From NCBI GenBank assembly GCA_964566765.1, contig CAZMJI010000002.1:1-42222 (forward strand): 42,222 nt of DNA, given 5' to 3'. The translations under genes and the position numbers were made by a program. Below the pieces are notes generated by a model. That model was not told the DNA's origin. It saw nothing but the letters and a program-made list of their open reading frames with translations, and made no database searches. Source of the DNA: an uncultured Piscirickettsiaceae bacterium. GTDB lineage: Bacteria; Pseudomonadota; Gammaproteobacteria; PS1; Pseudothioglobaceae. Of this stretch, positions 19,196-28,415 are shown one piece after another (the stretch's first letter is position 1; every line of letters begins with the position of its first letter).

Positions 19196-20032
19196 ATTAT
19201 AAATTGGTGAGGTGTTCATGGTGCTTGTTTGAATACCTAACCAGTTACTTGGCATTTTATCTAACGCTGCCAGAGCGTCTTTCTCCGATTTAAAGGGTGC
19301 AAACACACAACTGCCTGTCCCACTCATTCTTGCCTGATCACTGCGATGAGGGCAAGTATTGAGAAAATTCAGTGCATCAGAGATTTCACTGATTTTATCT
19401 ATGGCTGCTTGCTGCGTATCATTACGCGTTGCACTCAACTCAGAGAAGTCCGATATTTTCCCTATCATTGGACTCATTGTCAATGCTTTATGCGAGAAAA
19501 TTTCTTGGGTGGAACTGTGCTGGTTAACAAAAATAACCAAAGTGGGGTGTTCTGGCGGATCAATTGGACTTAATTGTTCGCCAATTCCTTCAACCCAGGC
19601 GCTTCTGGCAAAGATAAAAAAGGGCACGTCGGCACCTAGGGTGGTGCCCAGATCCATCAGTGCTTGCTGCGATAAGTGCGTTTGCCAAAGCTGGTTGAGC
19701 GCAATCAGTACCGTGGCTGCATTGGATGAGCCACCGCCCAGACCGCCACCGGTGGGAATGCGTTTAACAATCGATAAGTCAGCGCCTAAAGAGGTTTGTG
19801 TGGCTGCCTGCAGCGCTTTAGCACTTTTGATCAGCAGGTCGTTATCAGGTGCAATGTCCTCATTGCCACTGCTGCGGGTAATGTTGCCATCGTCTCGCAG
19901 CTCAATGCGAATGTCGTCGTAGAAATCCAACAGTTGAAAGATGCTTTGCAGATTGTGATAGCCGTCGGCGCGCTTAGAAGTGATGTGTAAAAACAGATTG
20001 ATTTTGGCCGGTGATGGCCAAACTTCAGGCAT
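19175..20032 (-). CDS. ispE: 4-diphosphocytidyl-2-C-methyl-D-erythritol kinase
   Basis: WPSPAKINLFLHITSKRADGYH and the GHMP loop PTGGGLGGGSSNAA are present. The start ATG at 20032 gives the same N-terminal length as E. coli; an alternative ATG lies at 20041. The 3' end overlaps tRNA-Gln. Confidence 0.9.
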   Translation of the reverse strand: MPEVWPSPAKINLFLHITSKRADGYHNLQSIFQLLDFYDDIRIELRDDGNITRSSGNEDIAPDNDLLIKSAKALQAATQTSLGADLSIVKRIPTGGGLGGGSSNAATVLIALNQLWQTHLSQQALMDLGTTLGADVPFFIFARSAWVEGIGEQLSPIDPPEHPTLVIFVNQHSSTQEIFSHKALTMSPMIGKISDFSELSATRNDTQQAAIDKISEISDALNFLNTCPHRSDQARMSGTGSCVFAPFKSEKDALAALDKMPSNWLGIQTSTMNTSPIYNWAVAKR

Positions 20033-20033
20033 G

Positions 20034-20576
20034 CTAGACATCGATAAAGACGTCTCGATAGTATTTGAGCTCATCAATCGAGTCACGAATATCCGCTAGT
20101 GCCAAGTGCGCTGGCTCACCTTCTCTGGGCATAATAGCCTCAGGTTTCCAGCGTTTTAATAACTCCTTTAAGGTGGAGACATCAATGTGGCGATAGTGGA
20201 AAAACTTTTCCAGCTCGGGCATGTAGTTGTATAAAAAACGACGATCTTGGCAGATGGTGTTGCCACACATCGGTGAGGCGCCCGGCTCTACATATTGAGC
20301 CAAAAATTCCAAGGTCTGCGCTTCGGCTTGTGCCATGGAAATCTGACTTTCTTGCACGCGCTTGGTCAGTCCCGAATTGCCATGATGTTCGGTATTCCAC
20401 TCATCCATGTTAAGCATAATGCTGTCTGGCTGGTGAATCACCAGTGAGGGACCTTCGGCCAAAATATTCAGGTCTTTGTCGGTGACAATGGTGGCGATCT
20501 CGATAATGGTGTCTGACTCTGGCAATAGACCTGTCATCTCCAGGTCGATCCAAATTAAGTTGGTTTCTTTATCCAT
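20034..20576 (-). CDS. orn: Oligoribonuclease
   Basis: [12 protein letters not shown] (DEDD exo I) is present. Length is 180 aa, with a C-terminal H..DI..SI.EL motif. Confidence 0.9.
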   Translation of the reverse strand: MDKETNLIWIDLEMTGLLPESDTIIEIATIVTDKDLNILAEGPSLVIHQPDSIMLNMDEWNTEHHGNSGLTKRVQESQISMAQAEAQTLEFLAQYVEPGASPMCGNTICQDRRFLYNYMPELEKFFHYRHIDVSTLKELLKRWKPEAIMPREGEPAHLALADIRDSIDELKYYRDVFIDV

Positions 20577-21596
20577 TTAACAACCCGTTGATTCGCGCAC
20601 AAAATCATCCAATTTTTGATGCGCTTCGCCGCTATTTAGCACCGAGAGCGCCTTATCAATACCTGCTTGCAGGTTTGGTGCTAAATCGGCCACATAAATG
20701 GCAGCACCAGCATTCAGCGCAATAATGTCTTTGGCAGGGCCATCTACCCCGTCGAGTGCCTGCTGAATCAGTAGTAGTGAACTCTCAGCATCATCCGCCT
20801 TAATCGCATCTAGATTGCCAAGCGACAAACCAAAGTCGGTTGGATTGATCTCATAAGTGCTAACTTCGCCATCTTTGAGCTCAGCCACATAAGTATTGTC
20901 GGCAATGGAAATTTCGTCCAGGCCATCGGCCGAATGCACCACCATCACGTGCTTAGAGCCTAGGGCTTTTAAAACGTGAGCAATCGGCTCAACCAGGGCT
21001 TTGTCGTAGACACCCATCACCTGATGCGGCGCACCGGCTGGGTTGGTGAGCGGACCTAAGACATTAAAAATGGTTCTCACTGCCAACTCGCGACGTGGAC
21101 CAATGGCATGTTTCATGGCGCTGTGATGCGCTGGGGCAAACATAAAGCCAACACCAATCGTTTCCACACAATGACCGATTTGCTCGGCGCTCATGTCAAG
21201 ATTCACGCCAGCGGCTTCTAGCACATCAGCACTGCCTGACTTAGACGAGATAGAACGGTTACCATGTTTGGCCACCTGTCCGCCGGCGCTGGCTACCACA
21301 AAGGCACAAGCGGTTGAGACGTTAAACAAACCTAGGCCATCACCACCGGTGCCACAGGTATCCACCAAATGCTTGGTGCTTTTTACCGTGACGCCAGCAG
21401 CCAGTGAGCGCATCACTTTGGCAGCTGCGGTAATTTCCTCAATGGTTTCACCTTTGATGGCTAGACCAACCAAAAAGGCACCAATTTGCGCATCGGTGGT
21501 TTGCCCAGTCATGATGTCTGACATCACCTGGTGCATCTGTGCTTCGGTTAAATTCTCCCCGGCAATAATGGCTTTAATGGCTTGTTGTATGTTCAT
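20577..21596 (-). CDS. trpD: Anthranilate phosphoribosyltransferase
   Basis: The CGTGGDG motif, KHGNRS and length of 339 aa fit TrpD. Confidence 0.9.
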   Translation of the reverse strand: MNIQQAIKAIIAGENLTEAQMHQVMSDIMTGQTTDAQIGAFLVGLAIKGETIEEITAAAKVMRSLAAGVTVKSTKHLVDTCGTGGDGLGLFNVSTACAFVVASAGGQVAKHGNRSISSKSGSADVLEAAGVNLDMSAEQIGHCVETIGVGFMFAPAHHSAMKHAIGPRRELAVRTIFNVLGPLTNPAGAPHQVMGVYDKALVEPIAHVLKALGSKHVMVVHSADGLDEISIADNTYVAELKDGEVSTYEINPTDFGLSLGNLDAIKADDAESSLLLIQQALDGVDGPAKDIIALNAGAAIYVADLAPNLQAGIDKALSVLNSGEAHQKLDDFVRESTGC

Positions 21597-22810
21597 TGCA
21601 TTAATTTCTCTATGTGTGTAATTTCTTTAACCACAGCTTGGGTGAGTACTTCGTGGCCACTTGAGGTGACCAGGACGTTGTCTTCAATACGCACGCCAAT
21701 GTTGTGATAAGCGGGATCAATTTTAGCATCTTCGCGAATGTATATGCCTGGTTCGACCGTGGTTATCATGCCTGGGACAAACTCCCTGGGTTGGTTATCA
21801 ATTTGATAGGCGCCTACATCATGTACGTCTAGGCCTAGCCAGTGTCCCGTACCATGCATAAAGAATTGCGACAGGTCGCCGCCACGCTCAAGCAGTCCTA
21901 GACTGATCAAACCCTGAGTAATAACGTGAGTGGCAGCGCGGTGCATGCTGTCGGTCTTAGCGCCGGGTTTGATGCATTCAATGGCAGCGAGTTGTGCGTC
22001 CAATACCAGTTGATAAATGGCTTTTTGCGCCTCGCTAAAGCGCCCATTGACTGGAAAGGTTCGGGTGATGTCACTGGCGTAATAATCCAGCTCACAACCG
22101 GCATCAATCAGCACCAGTTCACCGTCTTTTAGGGGTTGATTGTTATTAATATAATGCAAGATACAGGCGTTTTTACCGCCCGCCACAATCGGCGTGTAAG
22201 CATGCTCGCCACCGGCTTTTTTAAACGCAGCCTCAAATACAGCCTGCAGTTCGTATTCCAGCATATTGGGCTTAACGCTTTGCATGGCCAAAGTGTGAGC
22301 CTTGGTTGATACGTCAGCGGCACGACGCATGGTATCAATCTCACCCTCGTCTTTAATCAGACGCATCTCGGCCAAAATAGGCTTTGGATCTTTGGTGGTG
22401 TAGTGACTCAGCAGTTGAGTCACTTGCTGGTCAAGATCATGACCCTTATGGTCAAAATAAACCACCTCGGCACCCTCTAGTAAGGCGGGTAGCTGCTGGT
22501 CTAATTCGCTAATGGCATAAGCTTGATCTGCGCCCAGGGCCTGACAGGCACGTTCAACCCCCAGGCGTTCTCCATCCCAGATTTCGCGTTCGGGGTTTCT
22601 GGGACGTAGAAACACCTGGTAAGACTGTTGGCTAAGCACGATGAGTGCTTCAGGCTCTTTAAAACCGGTCAGATAGTAGAAGTTGGAATCGGCTCGAAAG
22701 GGGTAATGCACATCACCACAACGCTGCTTCTCACTATTGGTGGAGAGAACGACCACCGAATTGTTGGGCAGTTGCGCCAATAGCGCTTGTCGGCGTTTTT
22801 GATGTATCAT
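21593..22810 (-). CDS. pepP: Xaa-Pro aminopeptidase
   Basis: Colinear with E. coli PepP (HYINNN, LIDAGCE, YASDITRTFPVNG, HGTGHWLGLDVHD, EPG.Y, IRIED). Start trimmed to the ATG at 22810. Confidence 0.85.
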   Translation of the reverse strand: MIHQKRRQALLAQLPNNSVVVLSTNSEKQRCGDVHYPFRADSNFYYLTGFKEPEALIVLSQQSYQVFLRPRNPEREIWDGERLGVERACQALGADQAYAISELDQQLPALLEGAEVVYFDHKGHDLDQQVTQLLSHYTTKDPKPILAEMRLIKDEGEIDTMRRAADVSTKAHTLAMQSVKPNMLEYELQAVFEAAFKKAGGEHAYTPIVAGGKNACILHYINNNQPLKDGELVLIDAGCELDYYASDITRTFPVNGRFSEAQKAIYQLVLDAQLAAIECIKPGAKTDSMHRAATHVITQGLISLGLLERGGDLSQFFMHGTGHWLGLDVHDVGAYQIDNQPREFVPGMITTVEPGIYIREDAKIDPAYHNIGVRIEDNVLVTSSGHEVLTQAVVKEITHIEKLMQ

Positions 22811-22847
22811 TGGCAAAAAATTAAAGCGTATGGCGCACAAAGATACC

Positions 22848-23564
22848 ATGAAAACCCCTCGTTTGTACCAAAACACTGAGCTGAACATAGGTGATACGCT
22901 GAGCCTGGATGATGGCGCATCACGCCATCTAATCAAGGTGCTTCGGGCCACCAAAGATGCGCCACTCACCTTGTTTAATGGCGATGGTCTGGATTATGCA
23001 GCGCGCATTGTGAGTGCGCAGATGCCGTGTACAGTCGAGCTGCTTGCTAGCGAACAGAATACAACCGAGTCGCCACTACACCTAACTTTGGTGCAAGGCA
23101 TTGCCAAAGGTGAGAAGATGGATTTTTTGATGCAAAAAGCCGTGGAGCTGGGCGTGAATCGCATTATTCCCATGGACAGCAGTCGCTGCGTGGTGCGTCT
23201 CAAGGGTGAGAAAGCCAAACGGCGTTTAGAGCATTGGCAAAAGATTATCATTCACGCTTGCGAACAGTCAGGGCGTGCTGTCATCCCTGAGCTGTTGCCG
23301 ATTCACAGCTTGTCACAAGTGTTGGATTTGGAGTTGGGTTCGCCTTTTGTGCTACACCACCGTGCTGATACACCACTCAGTGCCTACGATAAGCCCACAG
23401 CAGCCAGTGTGATCATTGGTCCTGAAGGCGGCCTCAGCGGCGCAGAGATTGAACAAGCCGTGGCCGCGCATTGTCAGCCACTCCTATTAGGTAAGCGTAT
23501 TTTAAGAACCGAAACTGCCTCGCTGGTAGCGCTGGCCAATATGCAGCTGCTATGGGGTAGTTAG
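22848..23564 (+). CDS. rsmE: 16S rRNA (uracil1498-N3)-methyltransferase
   Basis: MKTPRLY...HL.KVLR at the N-terminus and the C-terminal IIGPEGGLS..E......LG.RILRTETA motif are present. An in-frame ATG also exists at 22830. Confidence 0.85.
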   Translation: MKTPRLYQNTELNIGDTLSLDDGASRHLIKVLRATKDAPLTLFNGDGLDYAARIVSAQMPCTVELLASEQNTTESPLHLTLVQGIAKGEKMDFLMQKAVELGVNRIIPMDSSRCVVRLKGEKAKRRLEHWQKIIIHACEQSGRAVIPELLPIHSLSQVLDLELGSPFVLHHRADTPLSAYDKPTAASVIIGPEGGLSGAEIEQAVAAHCQPLLLGKRILRTETASLVALANMQLLWGS

Positions 23565-24584
23565 TAGCTTAAGTGCCTGCTGAATAGGGGTTAGCACATT
23601 GGCCAGTTTCTTTCGAATCGCCGATCCGGTAAGTCCATGCGCTGAGATATAACTCACCACCAATTGTTCGCCAACACCGGCCAGCAGCAGTCTGGCGCGC
23701 AGTTTGTCATTATCTTGTGTTGATGGTATCTGCTCAATTTGTTGGTTAATTGCTTCTAGCGTGGCGGCGCGATGAATGTCTGGATGCGCCAAGTAATGGC
23801 CCAATACCTCCAAGGTTCGATACAACACATCTTCTTGGTTGATTTTTTTCAGAATATGGGCGATGGTTTTGAGCAAGACCTGCGCTTGCTCGGTGCCAAA
23901 TGTGGTGAGATCTGCATGGTCAAATTCAATCGCTGGCGTGTTATCGGTGTTTGGCAAAGCGTTTTGTAGTCGCTCAATAAAACCCACCAAAAAGGCAGTT
24001 TTTCGCTGGCCCTGTTGCCACATTCTAAGCTTGGCCGATTCTTCAATCAAATCCGCTTGCAGAATCAGATTGACCGTATCGATCAGCATCTCAACATCTT
24101 CGGTAAACGGCAAAAATTCCAATAAATAATGGGCAATTTGTTGACCAACTGGGTGCGTTACCACAAAGTCTTTAGACAATAAGAAGCGCCCAATCTCAGC
24201 CTGTTCATCGGTATTGGTGGCACACCACCAAGTCAGTTCAATCAGCTCATCATCTAGGTGCTGTGAGTTGGCCACCGCCACCACGGCTTCAATCTCGCCC
24301 AGTTTTAATAGCGACTTTAGATTGCTCGAGCTAACCTGACCCATGCGCGACCAGCGCTTGAGATAAGAAGGGTAGCCGCCCATGGCACCCAAGACTTGCG
24401 TTACCAAGAGTTTTTTCACCTCTTTAAGATAGACGTCTGAATCCCCCTCGGGGTGTAGTTGAATGCTTTGCTCTTGGCCTTGCGGATTGAGGCCTACCAC
24501 CACCAACTTGTAGCGATCAATACGAATGGCGACCGAGGTACTAATCAGTACATTGAGTTTTAAAGTATCCTCGGCGCTAAGCAT
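23550..24584 (-). CDS. Conserved-looking hypothetical protein, family not recognised
   Basis: The 344-aa ORF runs from the ATG at 24584 (the track starts at a TTG at 24590). Composition is soluble and helix-rich with ordinary codon usage. I can name no catalytic motif. Confidence 0.6.
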   Translation of the reverse strand: MLSAEDTLKLNVLISTSVAIRIDRYKLVVVGLNPQGQEQSIQLHPEGDSDVYLKEVKKLLVTQVLGAMGGYPSYLKRWSRMGQVSSSNLKSLLKLGEIEAVVAVANSQHLDDELIELTWWCATNTDEQAEIGRFLLSKDFVVTHPVGQQIAHYLLEFLPFTEDVEMLIDTVNLILQADLIEESAKLRMWQQGQRKTAFLVGFIERLQNALPNTDNTPAIEFDHADLTTFGTEQAQVLLKTIAHILKKINQEDVLYRTLEVLGHYLAHPDIHRAATLEAINQQIEQIPSTQDNDKLRARLLLAGVGEQLVVSYISAHGLTGSAIRKKLANVLTPIQQALKLLTTP

Positions 24585-24672
24585 TGACAAATAACATGAT
24601 GGTTAAGATAAGCTGGCGCTTATTATCGCCCAATTGCTCAGATAAAGCACCCGAGCAAAGTGTGGGCAATGG

Positions 24673-25500
24673 CTATTGGTCACCCAGTTCAGCGCCCAGC
24701 TCGCCTGCGCGATGATAGGCGGCAGACAAAGCATGAGAAACAATCACTTCAAAGTCTTGATCTTGGAAGGACTCAATTGCTGCTTGCGTGGTGCCATTTG
24801 GCGAGGTCACTTGTCGGCGCAACTCTCGTGGCGAGTCGCTTGATTCGCTGGCCATTAGTGCTGCCCCTAGGGCGGTTTCAATACTCAGTTGCTCGGCTGC
24901 GTCACGTGTCAGACCTAGGGCTTCACCGGCTTTGGTCATGGATTCAACCATTAAGAAGAAGTAGGCCGGACCGGAGCCGGAGACGGCAGTTACCGCGTCT
25001 AGCAGATCTTCGCTATCGACCCAAAGGGTTTTGCCGACCGCACTCATGATGTTTTGTGCGATGTCTTGTTGCGCGCTGGAGGTATGCTCATTGGCAAACA
25101 AACCAGTGATGCCACGACCCAATAAGGCCGGGGTATTAGGCATGGTACGCACAATGGCTTTGTTTTTACCGAGCCAGCGGTTAATGTCATGCGCATGCAC
25201 GCCAGCGGCAATCGAAACCAATAGCTGCTGGTCACTGACTTGATCTTTAATCTCGGCACAAACCTCAGCCAGTACTTGTGGCTTCACCGCCAGTACAATC
25301 ACGTCGCAGTGTTGAGCCAGTTGTTGATTATCCTTAAAAACCCTAAGGCTAAACTCGTCCTGACGCAGGGATAATAGCGTCTCATTGGCATCGCTCATGA
25401 CAATGCGTTCAGACGCATAACCATGGTTGATAAGCCCAGAAACCAGCGCATAGGCCATGTTGCCAGCGCCAATAAAACCAATCGTCGGGGTATTTTGCAT
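24673..25500 (-). CDS. proC: Pyrroline-5-carboxylate reductase
   Basis: The N-terminal Rossmann motif IGFIGAGNMA is present, and the C-terminal SPNGTT motif is typical of ProC. Confidence 0.9.
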   Translation of the reverse strand: MQNTPTIGFIGAGNMAYALVSGLINHGYASERIVMSDANETLLSLRQDEFSLRVFKDNQQLAQHCDVIVLAVKPQVLAEVCAEIKDQVSDQQLLVSIAAGVHAHDINRWLGKNKAIVRTMPNTPALLGRGITGLFANEHTSSAQQDIAQNIMSAVGKTLWVDSEDLLDAVTAVSGSGPAYFFLMVESMTKAGEALGLTRDAAEQLSIETALGAALMASESSDSPRELRRQVTSPNGTTQAAIESFQDQDFEVIVSHALSAAYHRAGELGAELGDQ

Positions 25501-25554
25501 TACAATAGCCTGCGGTTAAATTAACGATATTCTACCAATAGAAGAAATAAAACA

Positions 25555-26223
25555 ATGAAAGAATTTAATCCTAAACTGATTATGATTGATGTGGACGGTA
25601 CCTTAGTAGACAGCGTACCAGACTTGGCATATTGCGTGGATGAGACCATGAAAGCCGTGGGTCGTGAGACTTGGGGTGAGGCTCAAGTGCGCCACTGGGT
25701 AGGTAATGGCGTACCAAAGTTGGTAGAGCGTTCACTCACTGGCGAGTTAGAAGGTACGGTTGATCAAGCGGCTTATGACCAGGCCTATCCAATCTTCTTA
25801 GACTTGTATGCTGAAAATACCTCGGGCAGATCTTGTCTGTATGACGGCGTGAGAGAGGGTATCGATTACCTAAAATCACAAGGCTATACTCTGGGCTGTG
25901 TGACCAATAAGGCGGAGCAGTTTACCCATCCGCTATTAAAAGACTTAGGCGTGTTTGATGAGTTTGAGATTGTCATCTCGGGTGATACACTAGAGAAGAA
26001 AAAGCCGGATCCACTACCGTTATTACACGCGGCCAAGCATTTTGGCGTGGCGCCGAGCGACGCCTTGATGCTGGGTGATTCCATCAGTGATGTGAAAGCC
26101 TCTCGTGCAGCCGGTTTTGACATTATCTGCATGTCGTATGGCTACAACCATGGTGATGATATTCGTGACGCCAATCCAGATTTGGTGATCGATTCAATGG
26201 CCGAGCTTAAAGATCATTTGTAA
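25555..26223 (+). CDS. gph: Phosphoglycolate phosphatase (HAD)
   Basis: DVDGTLVDS (motif I), VTNK (motif II) and GDS..D (motif IV) are present, with Gph-like length and order. Confidence 0.8.
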   Translation: MKEFNPKLIMIDVDGTLVDSVPDLAYCVDETMKAVGRETWGEAQVRHWVGNGVPKLVERSLTGELEGTVDQAAYDQAYPIFLDLYAENTSGRSCLYDGVREGIDYLKSQGYTLGCVTNKAEQFTHPLLKDLGVFDEFEIVISGDTLEKKKPDPLPLLHAAKHFGVAPSDALMLGDSISDVKASRAAGFDIICMSYGYNHGDDIRDANPDLVIDSMAELKDHL

Positions 26224-26238
26224 GTAAAATAGCTGTTT

Positions 26239-27477
26239 ATGGACAGCTTTGACCATCAGCATATTTGGCATCCTTATGCCAAGATTCCCAATCAGGTTAG
26301 CACGCATACCGTGCTCTCGGCTGATGGCGTTTATCTGAATCTAGAAGGTGGCGAGCGGGTTATTGACGGCATGAGCTCTTGGTGGAGTGTGATTCATGGC
26401 TATAACCACCCGGTGCTTAATCAAGCGCTTACACAACAAGTCGAGCAAATGTCGCATGTGATGTTTGGTGGTCTAACCCACAAACCCGCCATCCGCTTAG
26501 CCAAAACCTTGGTTGAGATCACCGCGCCTGAGCTGGACAAAGTCTTTTTTGCCGATTCGGGTTCGGTCTCGGTTGAGGTGGCGCTGAAAATGGCGCTGCA
26601 ATATTGGTATCAGCAAGACAAACCCGAGAAGCATAAATTTATTACCCCATTAGGCGGCTATCACGGCGATACCTTTGGTGCCATGAGTATCTGCGATCCA
26701 GACAATGGCATGCATCACTTGTTTGCGCCGATGTTGCCCAAACACTTTTTTGTTGAGCGTCCAACGCTGGATAACACGCAGGCGGCACTCGCGGATTTAG
26801 AGGCAACCCTGGCCCAACATCACGGCGAGATTGCGGCAATGATTCTAGAGCCGATTGTGCAAGGCGCTGGTGGTATGAATATTTACCATAGTGAGTACTT
26901 AACTCAGGCCAAGGCCTTGTGCGAGCGTTTTCAGGTTTTGTTGATTTTGGATGAAATTGCCACCGGTTTTGGTCGCAGCGGCAGCCTGTTTGCGTATGAA
27001 CAAGCGGGCATTGTGCCGGATATTTTGTGCCTGGGTAAAGCATTAACCGGCGGTTATATGACCTTGGCAGCGACCTTGACCAATGCGCATATTGCCGAGA
27101 CTGTTGGTGTATTGATGCACGGACCAACCTTTATGGCCAATCCACTGGCTTGCTCGGTGGCGCAGGCCTCTCTTGAGCTGTTGTTGGATTCTGATTGGCG
27201 TTCGCATGTGGACAGAATCGAAGCCTTGCTTGCCAGGGAATTGTTGCCACTAAAAGCACATGAGCAGGTGGCTGATGTGCGCGTTAAAGGTGCGATTGGC
27301 GTGCTGGAGCTTAAACAAACGATTGACGTTGAACGTGTACAGAATCATTTGATTAGCCAGGGTGTTTGGCTCAGACCTTATGGCAAATTACTCTACACCA
27401 TGCCGCCGTTTATTACCCGTGATGAAGAATTGTTACGCATCACCGGGGCGATGCAATCAACCTTGGAGTTAACATGA
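26239..27477 (+). CDS. bioA: Adenosylmethionine-8-amino-7-oxononanoate aminotransferase
   Basis: The N-terminal HIWHPY, the [12 protein letters not shown] motif and the PLP lysine context [10 protein letters not shown] are present. Confidence 0.9.
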   Translation: MDSFDHQHIWHPYAKIPNQVSTHTVLSADGVYLNLEGGERVIDGMSSWWSVIHGYNHPVLNQALTQQVEQMSHVMFGGLTHKPAIRLAKTLVEITAPELDKVFFADSGSVSVEVALKMALQYWYQQDKPEKHKFITPLGGYHGDTFGAMSICDPDNGMHHLFAPMLPKHFFVERPTLDNTQAALADLEATLAQHHGEIAAMILEPIVQGAGGMNIYHSEYLTQAKALCERFQVLLILDEIATGFGRSGSLFAYEQAGIVPDILCLGKALTGGYMTLAATLTNAHIAETVGVLMHGPTFMANPLACSVAQASLELLLDSDWRSHVDRIEALLARELLPLKAHEQVADVRVKGAIGVLELKQTIDVERVQNHLISQGVWLRPYGKLLYTMPPFITRDEELLRITGAMQSTLELT

Positions 27478-28412
27478 AATTATTAGTCAGTTTGGTGCTG
27501 CTTATTGGCGCCTGGTTGCCGTCTCAGGCATTTGAAAAGCTTAGCGTGGAGGTAAAAGCCGAACACCTGTCGGGCGGCAGTTATTATGTGCCAGGCCTCT
27601 CGGGCGCCGCCACCGAGTTTGAGGGGTTTATCTCTAATGCCGGTTTTGTGGTAACCACCGAAGGCGTGATAGTGATTGACGCACTGGGCACGCCTGCACT
27701 GGCCAATGCCATGTTGGGCGAAATCAGAAAGGTCACCGATCAACCGATTAAGCTGGTGATCTCAACCCACTATCATGCCGATCACATCTACGGACTGCAG
27801 GTGTTTAAGGACCAAGGTGCGCAAATTTGGGCACCCAAGGGCACCTTAGAGTATTTGGACGATGAGAACTCACACAACTTGTTAGAATCAAGACGCACTG
27901 CGCTATTCCCTTGGGTAGATGAAGACACCCGTTTGGTGGCACCTGATCGTATTATTGCAGCGCCAGAGGTATTCCGTTTGGGTGAACATGAATTCAGATT
28001 AGACTTCTTTGGCTCGGTGCACTCTACCGGTGACATGTCACTCACCAATGTCACCGATCGAACCTTGTATATCGGCGATGTGATTTTTGCAGGCCGCATT
28101 CCGTTTGTGGGTGATGCTGATGTCAATCGTTGGATTGCCACCCTAGAGCAAATGATGACAGTTAAGGTGGATAAGTTTGTACCAGGTCACGGCTTGGCCT
28201 CAGATGATGCACAAGCATCGATGGCACTCACTTACCGTTATCTGCAGTTCCTGCTGGCACAACTAACCCCAGCCGTGGAGGACATGGAGCCATTTGACGA
28301 AGTCTACAATACGATTGATTTTTCTGAGTTTGAGGATCAACCGGCCTTTGAAGCGGCCAATCGTCGCAACACCTATGCGGTGTATCTGTACTTGGAGCGC
28401 ACCCTAGAGTAG
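27474..28412 (+). CDS. Periplasmic MBL-fold metallo-hydrolase (paralog of 7122..8078)
   Basis: A signal peptide and the HYHADH motif are present. It shares the blocks GVIV(I/V)D, EI.KVTD.PI and (F/Y)VPGHG with the other copy. An ATGA overlap links it to bioA. Confidence 0.75.
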   Translation: MKLLVSLVLLIGAWLPSQAFEKLSVEVKAEHLSGGSYYVPGLSGAATEFEGFISNAGFVVTTEGVIVIDALGTPALANAMLGEIRKVTDQPIKLVISTHYHADHIYGLQVFKDQGAQIWAPKGTLEYLDDENSHNLLESRRTALFPWVDEDTRLVAPDRIIAAPEVFRLGEHEFRLDFFGSVHSTGDMSLTNVTDRTLYIGDVIFAGRIPFVGDADVNRWIATLEQMMTVKVDKFVPGHGLASDDAQASMALTYRYLQFLLAQLTPAVEDMEPFDEVYNTIDFSEFEDQPAFEAANRRNTYAVYLYLERTLE

Positions 28413-28415
28413 TTG

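Noticed and set aside
19359-19922. 187-aa plus-strand ORF.
   Set aside because: It is antisense to ispE, whose GHMP-kinase motifs are unambiguous. This is a typical shadow ORF in the opposite frame.
24660-25049. 129-aa plus-strand, Arg-rich ORF.
   Set aside because: It is antisense to proC, so it is a shadow ORF.
26642-27127. 161-aa minus-strand ORF.
   Set aside because: It is antisense to bioA. Its Arg/Pro/Ser-rich composition has no motifs, so it is a shadow ORF.
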